Below are positions 21,046 to 29,218 of a stretch of 64,000 nt of DNA, piece by piece (the stretch's first letter is position 1; the number at the start of each line of letters is the position of its first letter). The position numbers were made by a program, and so were the translations under genes. The notes under the pieces were generated by a model. It made no database searches, had not been told where the DNA came from, and was given only the letters and a program-made list of their open reading frames with translations. Source of the stretch: Bacteroidia bacterium (lineage in GTDB: Bacteria > Bacteroidota > Bacteroidia > NS11-12g > UBA9320); the NCBI GenBank assembly GCA_965216465.1, contig CBDCFW010000005.1:320001-384000 (forward strand), given 5' to 3'.

Positions 21046-21753
21046 TTATAGCTGGCGGAGATGGGTCAGCTTGTACCAGAACTTATGAACTGATATAAAT
21101 ACTTTTCTATGTCTTGGTACAGGTGCTGGGGCAAAAGAGGTGATAAGAACTCCTTCATTTACTATAGTAATTAGGTTTTCTTTCTCTAGAAATATAATGG
21201 CACTTTTGTCCTTCATCCCAACAAAGTGAACACTCACCTCAACTGAGTCGGCCTCAAATTCTACTGGAATTCGAAGCTCAAATTTACCGTCTTCATCGGT
21301 AAAACAAGCAAAGTTCCTATCGCTGGCGAAAATTGTAGCATAAGCTACTGGTTCAGCGTTTGCACTATCAACAACTCTGCCTCTATACACCTTCATCACA
21401 GTATCTACCGGTTCTTGAATCTGTGGATCGGCATAAACTTGTTCAATGGCATTAACCTCTTTTGCTTCAATTGCAGGAGAAGTCAATCCTAAAAAAGCCA
21501 TTAAGCTGGCTACTTTAAGTGAGCGTAGATTTGGTAAATCAATTACTGGAGGTTGGTGCCCCCAATGTTTTAGCTGTTTATCAGAATACATGGCACAAGT
21601 AGAGTATCCTGTAGATTTCTGAAGCGTTTCGATTTCTTTCCAGCTACTTTTTCTGAGGTCAACAATAGTCTTATCGCATTGAGCACATAGTCTACCACCA
21701 TCTACTTTCTTCATCGTATTCCAGTTTTGATAGCATTTTGGTGGTTTTTGCAT
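21046..21753 (-). CDS. carboxypeptidase-regulatory-like (Cna_B-type) domain protein with Cys-rich N-terminus
   Basis: N-terminal C...W..M...GRLCAQCDK...C, a hydrophobic segment, then GRVVDS..EP..YATI...TDEDGKF. Start placed at ATG 21753. Confidence 0.7.
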   Translation of the reverse strand: MQKPPKCYQNWNTMKKVDGGRLCAQCDKTIVDLRKSSWKEIETLQKSTGYSTCAMYSDKQLKHWGHQPPVIDLPNLRSLKVASLMAFLGLTSPAIEAKEVNAIEQVYADPQIQEPVDTVMKVYRGRVVDSANAEPVAYATIFASDRNFACFTDEDGKFELRIPVEFEADSVEVSVHFVGMKDKSAIIFLEKENLITIVNEGVLITSFAPAPVPRHRKVFISVHKFWYKLTHLRQL

Positions 21754-21854
21754 GTTCCAAAAATAGGGTATGTTTCGATGATAATTTTGCTTAATTGACC
21801 TATAGCAATTTGAATTGAGCACCGTTTTTAATGGTTTTTATCGGTAAAAAACTT

Positions 21855-21899
21855 CTCCCATTTTTGGTCCTAATAGTAGAATTAGTCTCTTTTTGGGAC
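21855..21899. promoter_or_regulatory. putative paired enhancer (UAS) sites for a sigma54 activator
   Basis: GTCTC-TTTTT-GGGAC near-palindrome (21885-21899) and related CTCCC-ATTTT-TGGTC (21855-21869), 30 bp apart and about 150-195 bp upstream of the predicted sigma54 start. Confidence 0.4.
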
Positions 21900-22023
21900 A
21901 AAATAAGTGGTTTGGCACGGTTGGTTTATTTGCCCGATACTTTTCTAATAATATTTTTATTGCACTGTTTTACAGCTACTTACAAGCATACACCAATCAC
22001 AAATATGCCAAATTTGTGCGTTT

Positions 22024-22039
22024 TGGCACACGCATTGAA
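22024..22039 (+). promoter_or_regulatory. sigma54-like -24/-12 promoter (variant -12)
   Basis: TGGCACACGCATTGAA: correct GG-N10-G spacing, TTGA instead of TTGC; 48 nt upstream of the T9SS cargo gene. Confidence 0.62.
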
Positions 22040-22087
22040 ATAATATAGACGTGCCACGTATCTAACACAACTAAACGGCACGAACTT

Positions 22088-23110
22088 ATGAGAAGAAGAA
22101 TTTACACAATCGCAACAGCGTTACTATTCATTTTAACAGCAAACGCACAGTCAATCACAAAAACTACAGCTCCAGGAGCATCTAATAGTTTGTATACTGT
22201 AAATCAAAAAGTATCTACTCTTTCAACTGCTTATACCAGTGCGGTAGCAACCATGTCTGATGGAGACACTTTATATGTCGGTTCGAAAAGTGACACGCTT
22301 TATGTTGAAGATGACAATTCTTCTTTAATGAACATTGACATCATTTTAATGATCGTTGATAGCGGAGTAGCTCATTGGACAGATAGAGCTGACTGGGTTC
22401 TTAGTGATAGCTCTCAACTAATTATGTATAACGGTGGAGACTTGAGCTCACCATTACCTTGTGATGCAAACAAAAAGTTAGTATTTGGTACTTACAATGT
22501 TGCTTCATGTTCTGGTGGTAATGCTGACTTCTCTTTCAGAGACATTATCGATATGGGTGGATTTGACCCTCAAAACCCACCATTACCAGTATCATTAACT
22601 GATTTTAATGCAACTCAACTTGATGAATTAAACATCAATGTTAACTGGCAAACTGCAATGGAGATCAATCACGAAAGATTTGAAATCCTTAGAAGTACTG
22701 ACGGAGTTAACTTTACTGTTGTTCACACTGAATTTGGTTCTGGTGTTAATAGCCTTGAAATTAAGAACTACAATTTTGTAGACCAGTTTAACAACACCAA
22801 TGGAGTATACTACAAGCTTGTACAATACGATTTTGACGGACAAAACGAAGCATTCAATGTTGTGTATGTTGCTCCATCAAAAACTACAACGGTAAGAACT
22901 TACCCTAACCCTGCGACTTCTTACTTAACAGTAGATATCAATAGCGAAAACCCAAGTACTGAGATTACTTTATCAAACTTAAAAGGTCAAGTATTATTCG
23001 CATACTCTACAACCAGAAACGAAAGCGTAACTATCGACTTGAATGATTTCGAGACTGGTCTTTACATTCTTTCAGTTGACGGACAAAATCAAAAAATCTT
23101 GAAAAAATAA
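22088..23110 (+). CDS. secreted T9SS type A sorting domain protein, unknown function
   Basis: Signal peptide, PLPVSL..F module with W.TA.E.N..F.I.RS.DG and YYKL.Q.DFDG, then YPNP...GLY CTD. Confidence 0.88.
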   Translation: MRRRIYTIATALLFILTANAQSITKTTAPGASNSLYTVNQKVSTLSTAYTSAVATMSDGDTLYVGSKSDTLYVEDDNSSLMNIDIILMIVDSGVAHWTDRADWVLSDSSQLIMYNGGDLSSPLPCDANKKLVFGTYNVASCSGGNADFSFRDIIDMGGFDPQNPPLPVSLTDFNATQLDELNINVNWQTAMEINHERFEILRSTDGVNFTVVHTEFGSGVNSLEIKNYNFVDQFNNTNGVYYKLVQYDFDGQNEAFNVVYVAPSKTTTVRTYPNPATSYLTVDINSENPSTEITLSNLKGQVLFAYSTTRNESVTIDLNDFETGLYILSVDGQNQKILKK

Positions 23111-23135
23111 ACCTCATACGATTTCTCATAAACTG

Positions 23136-23167
23136 AGCCCTTGGTTAACGCCAGGGGCTTTTTTTTT
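23136..23167 (+). terminator. intrinsic terminator
   Basis: AGCCCTTGG/CCAGGGGCT stem followed by a T run, after the T9SS gene. Confidence 0.8.
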
Positions 23168-24224
23168 ACATTCTTTCGATAAGATCCGCCAAGACTAATG
23201 CAGTCATAGTCTCTACAATTGGAATAGCCCTAGGCACAACACACGGGTCGTGTCTTCCACTGGCTGCAAGATCAACAGACTCACCACTGTCGTTAACCGT
23301 TTTCTGAGACTTTGCAATAGTCGCAGTCGGTTTGAATGCTACACGAAAAACGATATCCATTCCGTTAGTTATGCCTCCTTGGATACCTCCAGAGAAGTTA
23401 GTTTCAGTAATAATTTTATCTTGATCATTGACAAACAAATCGTTGGCCTCTGATCCGAGCATTGAAGTCATCTCAAACCCGCCTCCAAATTCTACTCCTT
23501 TTACTGCATTTATGCTGAACATGGCTTGAGCAAGTTGAGCATTGATTTTAGCAAAAACTGGCTCGCCCAATCCTACAGGCACACCTTGAACAATACACTC
23601 AACAACTCCTCCTAAACTATCTCCTTCGCTTTTTACACGCATTATTTGGGCTTCCATTTCAGCTGCTTTTTGAGCGTCTGGACATCTCACCACTGACTGG
23701 TCAACAATGGCACGATCAAAAAATCCAGTTTGCTCAGTTCTAATCTTTCCTATTTGTTTTACAAAAGCTCCAATTTTGATTTGATGCTCGCTTTCGAGAT
23801 AGGCTTGAACCAATGCACCGCCAGCAACCCAACCTGCAGTTACACGAGCACTGCTTCTTCCTCCTCCGCGATGGTCTCTTTGCCCATACTTCTGAGCATA
23901 GGTAAAGTCTGCATGTGATGGACGATAAACGCGCTCTAAATCATTATAATCTTGAGGACGTTGATCTTTATTAAGAATATGTAGATGAATAGGTGCTCCT
24001 GTTGTCACCCCTTCAAATACTCCAGAATTGATTCGAACTTCATCATCTTCCCTTCTAGAAGTAGACAGTTTAGATTGCCCAGGTTTTCGCCGCTGCATCT
24101 GTAAGCGAATAAAGTCTTCATCTACTTTAATTCCTGGCTTCAATCCATCTAAAACTGCTCCCACAGCTTCTCCATGAGACTCGCCGTATGATGTTAATCG
24201 AATATAGTTACCAAGTGTATTCAA
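23166..24224 (-). CDS. aroC: chorismate synthase
   Basis: GESHG, RPSHAD, RGGGRSSAR, FKPT and GRHDPC motifs. Confidence 0.96.
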   Translation of the reverse strand: MNTLGNYIRLTSYGESHGEAVGAVLDGLKPGIKVDEDFIRLQMQRRKPGQSKLSTSRREDDEVRINSGVFEGVTTGAPIHLHILNKDQRPQDYNDLERVYRPSHADFTYAQKYGQRDHRGGGRSSARVTAGWVAGGALVQAYLESEHQIKIGAFVKQIGKIRTEQTGFFDRAIVDQSVVRCPDAQKAAEMEAQIMRVKSEGDSLGGVVECIVQGVPVGLGEPVFAKINAQLAQAMFSINAVKGVEFGGGFEMTSMLGSEANDLFVNDQDKIITETNFSGGIQGGITNGMDIVFRVAFKPTATIAKSQKTVNDSGESVDLAASGRHDPCVVPRAIPIVETMTALVLADLIERM

Positions 24225-24228
24225 TGCC

Positions 24229-25458
24229 TCAAAGATATTCTATTTCAAATCCTGCAGCTACCAAATCGTTCCAAAAGTTGGGATAAGACTTTTTGACTAC
24301 ATTCTCGTTTGCAAGCTGTATGGGTTGAATAAGTGCCAGCGGTGCTAAACTCATAGCCATGCGGTGATCATCAAATACATCAAATTGTGTATCTGAAGCC
24401 AGGTCTAAACTTCCTTCTATGCACCATACATTTCCACTCTTTGTCATTGAACTATTCATTTGCTTTAGGTATTGGCCAATTGCAAATTCTCTGTCACATT
24501 CCTTGAATTTCAAGCTTTCTAGTCCAGTAAGTTCGCAACCACACCCTAAAGCAGGCAACAGTAAGGCAAAGGTTGGAGCCAAGTCTGGAAATTGGGAAAA
24601 GTTTAATAGAGATGGACACTCAACATGCGTATTCGCTTTGTCTTTTTGGATATGGAATCCTTCTTTCTTATCCTCAAAACGTAACTGAACATTACCGATA
24701 TCGAACAACCTCTTACGGTCTTTATGCATATTGGTTTGATTTATCCCCGGAAACAACAAATCGGCCCCCGAACTCAGATGAGCCATTGCATACCAATAAT
24801 AAAACGAGGTCCAATCTGGTTCAACTTTAAAATACTCGCCTTTAAATTTTTGGTGCTTTGAAACCTTTACATATGTCCCTTTGCTTTCTACAGAAAACCC
24901 CATTCTTCTCAAGGCAGAAACTGTTAGCACCACATAAGAAAATGAATTCATTTTGTGATTGATTTTCAGTTGAACATCACCATTTATTTTCGGCATAATC
25001 ATTAATATGGCCGAAACAAATTGACTGCTTTTAACCTCACTTAAATCGAGCACTCCTTCTCCACTAAGGCCATCACTTTCAATCTTCAATGGTGCAAACC
25101 CTTCTTTGTTGAGGTAGGTAATTTTTGCACCTAAAACTTCTAGCACATTTGCCAGTTCTTCAATTGGGCGTTCATGGAGCCTTTCCGATCCACGAATTAC
25201 ATAGGATCCACCTATCGCAGCACAATAAGCCAATATAAATCGGAAAGCGGTGCCTGCATCTTGAACATTTAGCTCTTGGTCTTGTCCTTCGAGCAATGAT
25301 TTGAGTAACACCGTATCATTGGCTGAGGACAGATTGTCTAACTTCAAATCTGGTTCGTACAAATGCTGTAATATGAGCATTCGGTTCGATATACTCTTGG
25401 AGCTAGGAAGGTTAATTATTCCTTTTAAAACCTTTGATGGATGACTTAGCTTGATCAT
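24229..25458 (-). CDS. aroA: 3-phosphoshikimate 1-carboxyvinyltransferase (EPSP synthase)
   Basis: SKSISNR, AGTAFRF, SSQFVSA, KECDR, DHRMAM and KSYPNFW motifs. Confidence 0.9.
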   Translation of the reverse strand: MIKLSHPSKVLKGIINLPSSKSISNRMLILQHLYEPDLKLDNLSSANDTVLLKSLLEGQDQELNVQDAGTAFRFILAYCAAIGGSYVIRGSERLHERPIEELANVLEVLGAKITYLNKEGFAPLKIESDGLSGEGVLDLSEVKSSQFVSAILMIMPKINGDVQLKINHKMNSFSYVVLTVSALRRMGFSVESKGTYVKVSKHQKFKGEYFKVEPDWTSFYYWYAMAHLSSGADLLFPGINQTNMHKDRKRLFDIGNVQLRFEDKKEGFHIQKDKANTHVECPSLLNFSQFPDLAPTFALLLPALGCGCELTGLESLKFKECDREFAIGQYLKQMNSSMTKSGNVWCIEGSLDLASDTQFDVFDDHRMAMSLAPLALIQPIQLANENVVKKSYPNFWNDLVAAGFEIEYL

Positions 25459-26474
25459 TGCATGCTCCTTAGATAGGCAATTGCATCCTTAATCAAATCG
25501 CTATCAATCAGATAATCTTCTTGACAATTACCAATTTTCTTTAGCAGTGAGAAGTTTATTCCGACTCCTTGATTCTTTTTATCTTTAAGAAGGTAGGGTT
25601 CTATGTCTTTATATGAAGGTAAATTATGATCTAAGCGATTCAAGACGCTATGTAACACCGTGGTTATTTCGTTGAGTTCATCATCTGAAAGACCCGAAAT
25701 TTTAGATGAAATATAACTTTCAGCTATCATTCCTAAGGCTACAGCATAGCCATGCGAAAGTTCTTCGTTCTCTTTAGATATGGATAAGGACCAAGATTCA
25801 ATAGCATGCCCTACTGTATGACCAAAGTTTAATCGCTTTCTAACTCCTTCGTCTTTAAAATCTTCTTTTACGTGTTTAAGCTTGATTTTAATCGAATCAG
25901 AAATAAGATTAGAATCTAAATCTTTAGAATTTGACAAGAAGAGCAGCTTCACCTTGTCGTAATGAGCTTTATTAGCGATTAGCCCATGTTTAAGCATTTC
26001 TACATAGCCATTAACCCACTCCTCGCTGGGCAACGTCTTCAAAAACTTGTGGCAGATAAAGGTTTCATCAGCCTCTCGAAAATTTCCTATATAGTTTTTG
26101 TAACCTAGGAAGTTAACCCCATTTTTACCTCCTACTGAGGCATCAACCATTGCTAAAAGTGATGTTGGACAAAGAACCACCTTCATCCCTCTTTGGTAAA
26201 CGCTCCCAGCAAACGAGCCCATGTCGCAGAGAACACCCCCTCCTAGACAGAGTAAGGTTGTGTTTCGAGTTGCTCCGAGTTCTGACAGTTTTTTCCATAT
26301 ATACTCACAGCTATTGAGATTCTTATAGCCTTCCCCATAGGGAACAATAAAATGAGGATAGTTATGCCCGAGCAGCGGGAAACAATCTTGCAAAGTGTGC
26401 TTATCGGCGAGCACAATCAAATCTTTAGATCTGTTCGCTAAGAAGGATTTCAGTTTATCGATTCCGAATTGCAC
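25455..26474 (-). CDS. aroB: 3-dehydroquinate synthase
   Basis: LGGGVLCD, VDASVGGKNG, EMLKHG and LNFGHTVGHAIE motifs. Confidence 0.94.
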   Translation of the reverse strand: MQFGIDKLKSFLANRSKDLIVLADKHTLQDCFPLLGHNYPHFIVPYGEGYKNLNSCEYIWKKLSELGATRNTTLLCLGGGVLCDMGSFAGSVYQRGMKVVLCPTSLLAMVDASVGGKNGVNFLGYKNYIGNFREADETFICHKFLKTLPSEEWVNGYVEMLKHGLIANKAHYDKVKLLFLSNSKDLDSNLISDSIKIKLKHVKEDFKDEGVRKRLNFGHTVGHAIESWSLSISKENEELSHGYAVALGMIAESYISSKISGLSDDELNEITTVLHSVLNRLDHNLPSYKDIEPYLLKDKKNQGVGINFSLLKKIGNCQEDYLIDSDLIKDAIAYLRSMQ

Positions 26475-26582
26475 TTAAGCAAATTTAGAAAAATATCGAA
26501 TCAATGCACACTAAATATGTACTGTATGTAAGAGCTTTAAATTAAGGAACATATTGAACGTTGATCGAACGGCAGAACAGTT

Positions 26583-26930
26583 CTATTCGTACCGTCGAAC
26601 ATCCACATCCACATCATACACCCACGGCTCAGAGAAGTCAAAAAAGAATGAAACTGATTCTCCAGGGCTCATGTAGGTATCGACCCACACAAATTCGTAG
26701 TCTATTAGGTATCCATCAATATCGTACATACGTACTTCGAGCTGTACAGCTTCGATAAATGTTTCTCCGTCATTTACAATTTCTCCATCGATTGAAGTTC
26801 CCCAACGATCAGACCAATATTCGTAAAATACGTCTGCATCGGTTATTGGGTAATAAGGAACTTCCTCTCTCCCACAGCCGCTGAGAATTAGAACAGCGAG
26901 CGAAAGCATAAGTGTCATTTTTCTAATCAT
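26583..26930 (-). CDS. small acidic lipoprotein, FxLYD-like domain
   Basis: Lipobox LSGC; GEIVNDG...VRMYD.DG....PGES..F pattern. Confidence 0.7.
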   Translation of the reverse strand: MIRKMTLMLSLAVLILSGCGREEVPYYPITDADVFYEYWSDRWGTSIDGEIVNDGETFIEAVQLEVRMYDIDGYLIDYEFVWVDTYMSPGESVSFFFDFSEPWVYDVDVDVRRYE

Positions 26931-27030
26931 ATCTGTTCTTTTTTAAATACAACTTGTAGCTCGATAGATTCGATCTATGGCCCATTTCACTAATAAATAT
27001 GTAGTTACTAATATCATTTACTAGATATAG

Positions 27031-27046
27031 TTCAATATCTGAGCCA
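27031..27046 (-). promoter_or_regulatory. sigma54-like -24/-12 promoter (variant -12)
   Basis: Minus strand TGGCTCAGATATTGAA, 100 nt upstream of the lipoprotein start; same form as 22024-22039. Confidence 0.55.
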
Positions 27047-27120
27047 AACTAAAAAAATACAGCCGTTGTTAAATTAGGAATGCTACTTAGCATAGATAGT
27101 AGTTTATTTGAAGTGAATTT

Positions 27121-28116
27121 ATGAAGCGTGTAATAGGAATAGTTTTGTTTTTAGCCATCGCAATCGGTGCATATTTTGTTTTGACTAAAAACAAGTATAA
27201 AAATTCAGCAACCTCGGTTGCAAATTTTGCCGTAGAAAACGTTGAAGATGTTGATCGCATAACATTAAAAGACAGAGAAGGCAATTTGGTTGACCTCACT
27301 AAAAAAGGTAACGACTGGTTCGTTAATAACAACCAGAAAGCCTTTGCCCCAGTTATGGACATTTTTCTGAATGAAACACTCGCTAAAATTAAAATCAAGG
27401 GACCTGTTCCAAAAACAGCAAGAAACAATGTCATTCAGCTAATGGTTGGAAATGCAGTGCATGTAAAAGTGTATGCTAACGACGAGGTTATTAAAGATTA
27501 TTATGTCGGAGCAGCCAATACGGATCAAACGGGCACCTACATTCACATTGAAGGAGCTAGCACGCCGTATGTTTCATTTATTCCTGGAGAACCGGGTATT
27601 TTGCTGCCTAAATTTCCTACAGATGCTCAAGAGTGGTACTCTAAGTCAATATTTGATTACAAGCCTTTAGAAATGCAATCGATTGATGTTGAAAATCTGG
27701 AAAATCCGAATGAATCATTCAAATTGGTCAGAAAAGACTCTGCGTTTAGTATGCTAAACGCTGATGCGGGTGTCAATCCCAACGCCGTTAAAAGCTATTT
27801 CTCACTTTTTAGCTTCAAAAATTTCGAAGGTTATGCACCTTATTTAGCTCAGTCTACCAAAGACTCAATAAAGGCACAGCCGCCATTTATGAAGATAACT
27901 GTAACGGACAACAACAATACAAAGACTACCTTAAATGTGTATCGCAAAGGCTCTTTTAGTGGCGACCAAACATTAATAGATAAGAACGGAAATGTGATTG
28001 TTGAGGATGTCGAGCGGTATTTCGCTACGTTTACTGGTTTTGACCGACTGGTAACTATACAAGATTACACATTCAAGAAGATTTTGATTCCAAGAAGTTT
28101 CTTTTACGTGAATTAG
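27121..28116 (+). CDS. membrane-anchored hypothetical protein (DUF4340-like)
   Basis: N-terminal TM segment; FAV....VDRI.L, W.VN and YYVG...GTY patterns resemble DUF4340. Confidence 0.6.
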   Translation: MKRVIGIVLFLAIAIGAYFVLTKNKYKNSATSVANFAVENVEDVDRITLKDREGNLVDLTKKGNDWFVNNNQKAFAPVMDIFLNETLAKIKIKGPVPKTARNNVIQLMVGNAVHVKVYANDEVIKDYYVGAANTDQTGTYIHIEGASTPYVSFIPGEPGILLPKFPTDAQEWYSKSIFDYKPLEMQSIDVENLENPNESFKLVRKDSAFSMLNADAGVNPNAVKSYFSLFSFKNFEGYAPYLAQSTKDSIKAQPPFMKITVTDNNNTKTTLNVYRKGSFSGDQTLIDKNGNVIVEDVERYFATFTGFDRLVTIQDYTFKKILIPRSFFYVN

Positions 28117-29144
28117 AAACCATAAGTTTCATTGGCTCCTCGCCATTTGTCAATTACCTTATTCATGTCAAACGGCAATTCACTGTCGAATTGCATCCAT
28201 TGTCCTGAAACCGGATGTTTAAATCCTAGTGATTTTGCATGCAAGGCTTGACGCGGTAAAATTGAAAAACAATTATCTACAAACTGCTTATACTTACTGA
28301 ATACAACCCCTTTTAAAATTTTGTTTCCGCCATAGAAATCATCACTGAATAGTGGATGTCCTAAATGCTTCATGTGAACACGAATTTGATGCGTTCTACC
28401 CGTTTCAAGATTGCATTGCAACAAAGTGGTGTAGGTGAAATCTTCAAGCACTTTGTAATGAGTTACTGCCCATTTTCCTCGCGATTCGTCTTCATAGGTT
28501 ACGTACTTCTTACGGTCGTATTGATCTCGGCCAATATAGGTTCGTATGCTTCCTTCAGCTTCTGTAACACTACCCCAAACCAATGCATAGTATGTTCGTT
28601 CAATGGTGTGATCGTGAAATTGTTTAGCAAGATGAGCCATGGCTTCATCGGTTTTAGCAATCACCATTAAACCGGAGGTATTTTTATCGATGCGATGTAC
28701 CAACCAAGGTCGTTTCCCAATATGATGTGCCTTTTTATCTAACCGAAAGGCTAAAGCGTTGAGCAATGTTCGGTCGTAATTTCCAAAACCAGGGTGAACC
28801 ACCATGCCAGCAGGTTTATTGACAATCATTAAACTGTCGTCTTCGTAAACAACATCAAGCGGAATATCTTGTGGAATAACTTCTAACTCGTTAGGCTCTT
28901 TATCAACCAATACATCAATTACATCTTTAGGCTTAACCTTGTAGCTAGCCTTTACAGCAGTTTGGTTTACTTTAACCTGTTTACGGTCCATCGCTTCTTG
29001 CAATTTACTGCGCGTAGCTTTCTCAATCCGGTTTACTAAATACTTGTCGATTCGCAAGGGTTCTTGACCGTCATCTACCACAAATGAATACCTTAAATAA
29101 AGTTGATCGCTTAAGTCTTCATTATTTTCAATTTGCTCAGGCAT
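28113..29144 (-). CDS. rluD: RluA/RluD family pseudouridine synthase
   Basis: S4-like N-terminus (RIDKYL), VNKPAGMVVHP, HRIDKNTSG, TGRTHQIRVH and RQALHA motifs. Confidence 0.88.
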   Translation of the reverse strand: MPEQIENNEDLSDQLYLRYSFVVDDGQEPLRIDKYLVNRIEKATRSKLQEAMDRKQVKVNQTAVKASYKVKPKDVIDVLVDKEPNELEVIPQDIPLDVVYEDDSLMIVNKPAGMVVHPGFGNYDRTLLNALAFRLDKKAHHIGKRPWLVHRIDKNTSGLMVIAKTDEAMAHLAKQFHDHTIERTYYALVWGSVTEAEGSIRTYIGRDQYDRKKYVTYEDESRGKWAVTHYKVLEDFTYTTLLQCNLETGRTHQIRVHMKHLGHPLFSDDFYGGNKILKGVVFSKYKQFVDNCFSILPRQALHAKSLGFKHPVSGQWMQFDSELPFDMNKVIDKWRGANETYGF

Positions 29145-29218
29145 ATTTATGGCAACCGAGTATCGTTAGGAATTATATCGGTTTATTTTTGTGGAATACA
29201 AAGGTATTAAGAAAACGA

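Noticed and set aside
21913-21928. TGGCACGGTTGGTTTA as a sigma54 promoter
   Set aside because: Good -24 half but no TTG at the required -12 spacing.
21831-22043. 70-aa ORF upstream of the T9SS gene
   Set aside because: It overlaps the UAS and promoter elements and has no protein-like features; better explained as regulatory DNA.
26557-26583. Clustered GAAC repeats including GAAC-N7-GAAC (alphaproteobacterial LexA-like)
   Set aside because: Wrong phylum, no SOS gene downstream, and too short to distinguish from chance.
29084-29218. N-terminal extension of the SIS-domain ORF; similarly rpsL 60888-60947 and tetR 34183-34227
   Set aside because: These extensions run through promoter or operator elements or overlap divergent genes; downstream starts fit the families.
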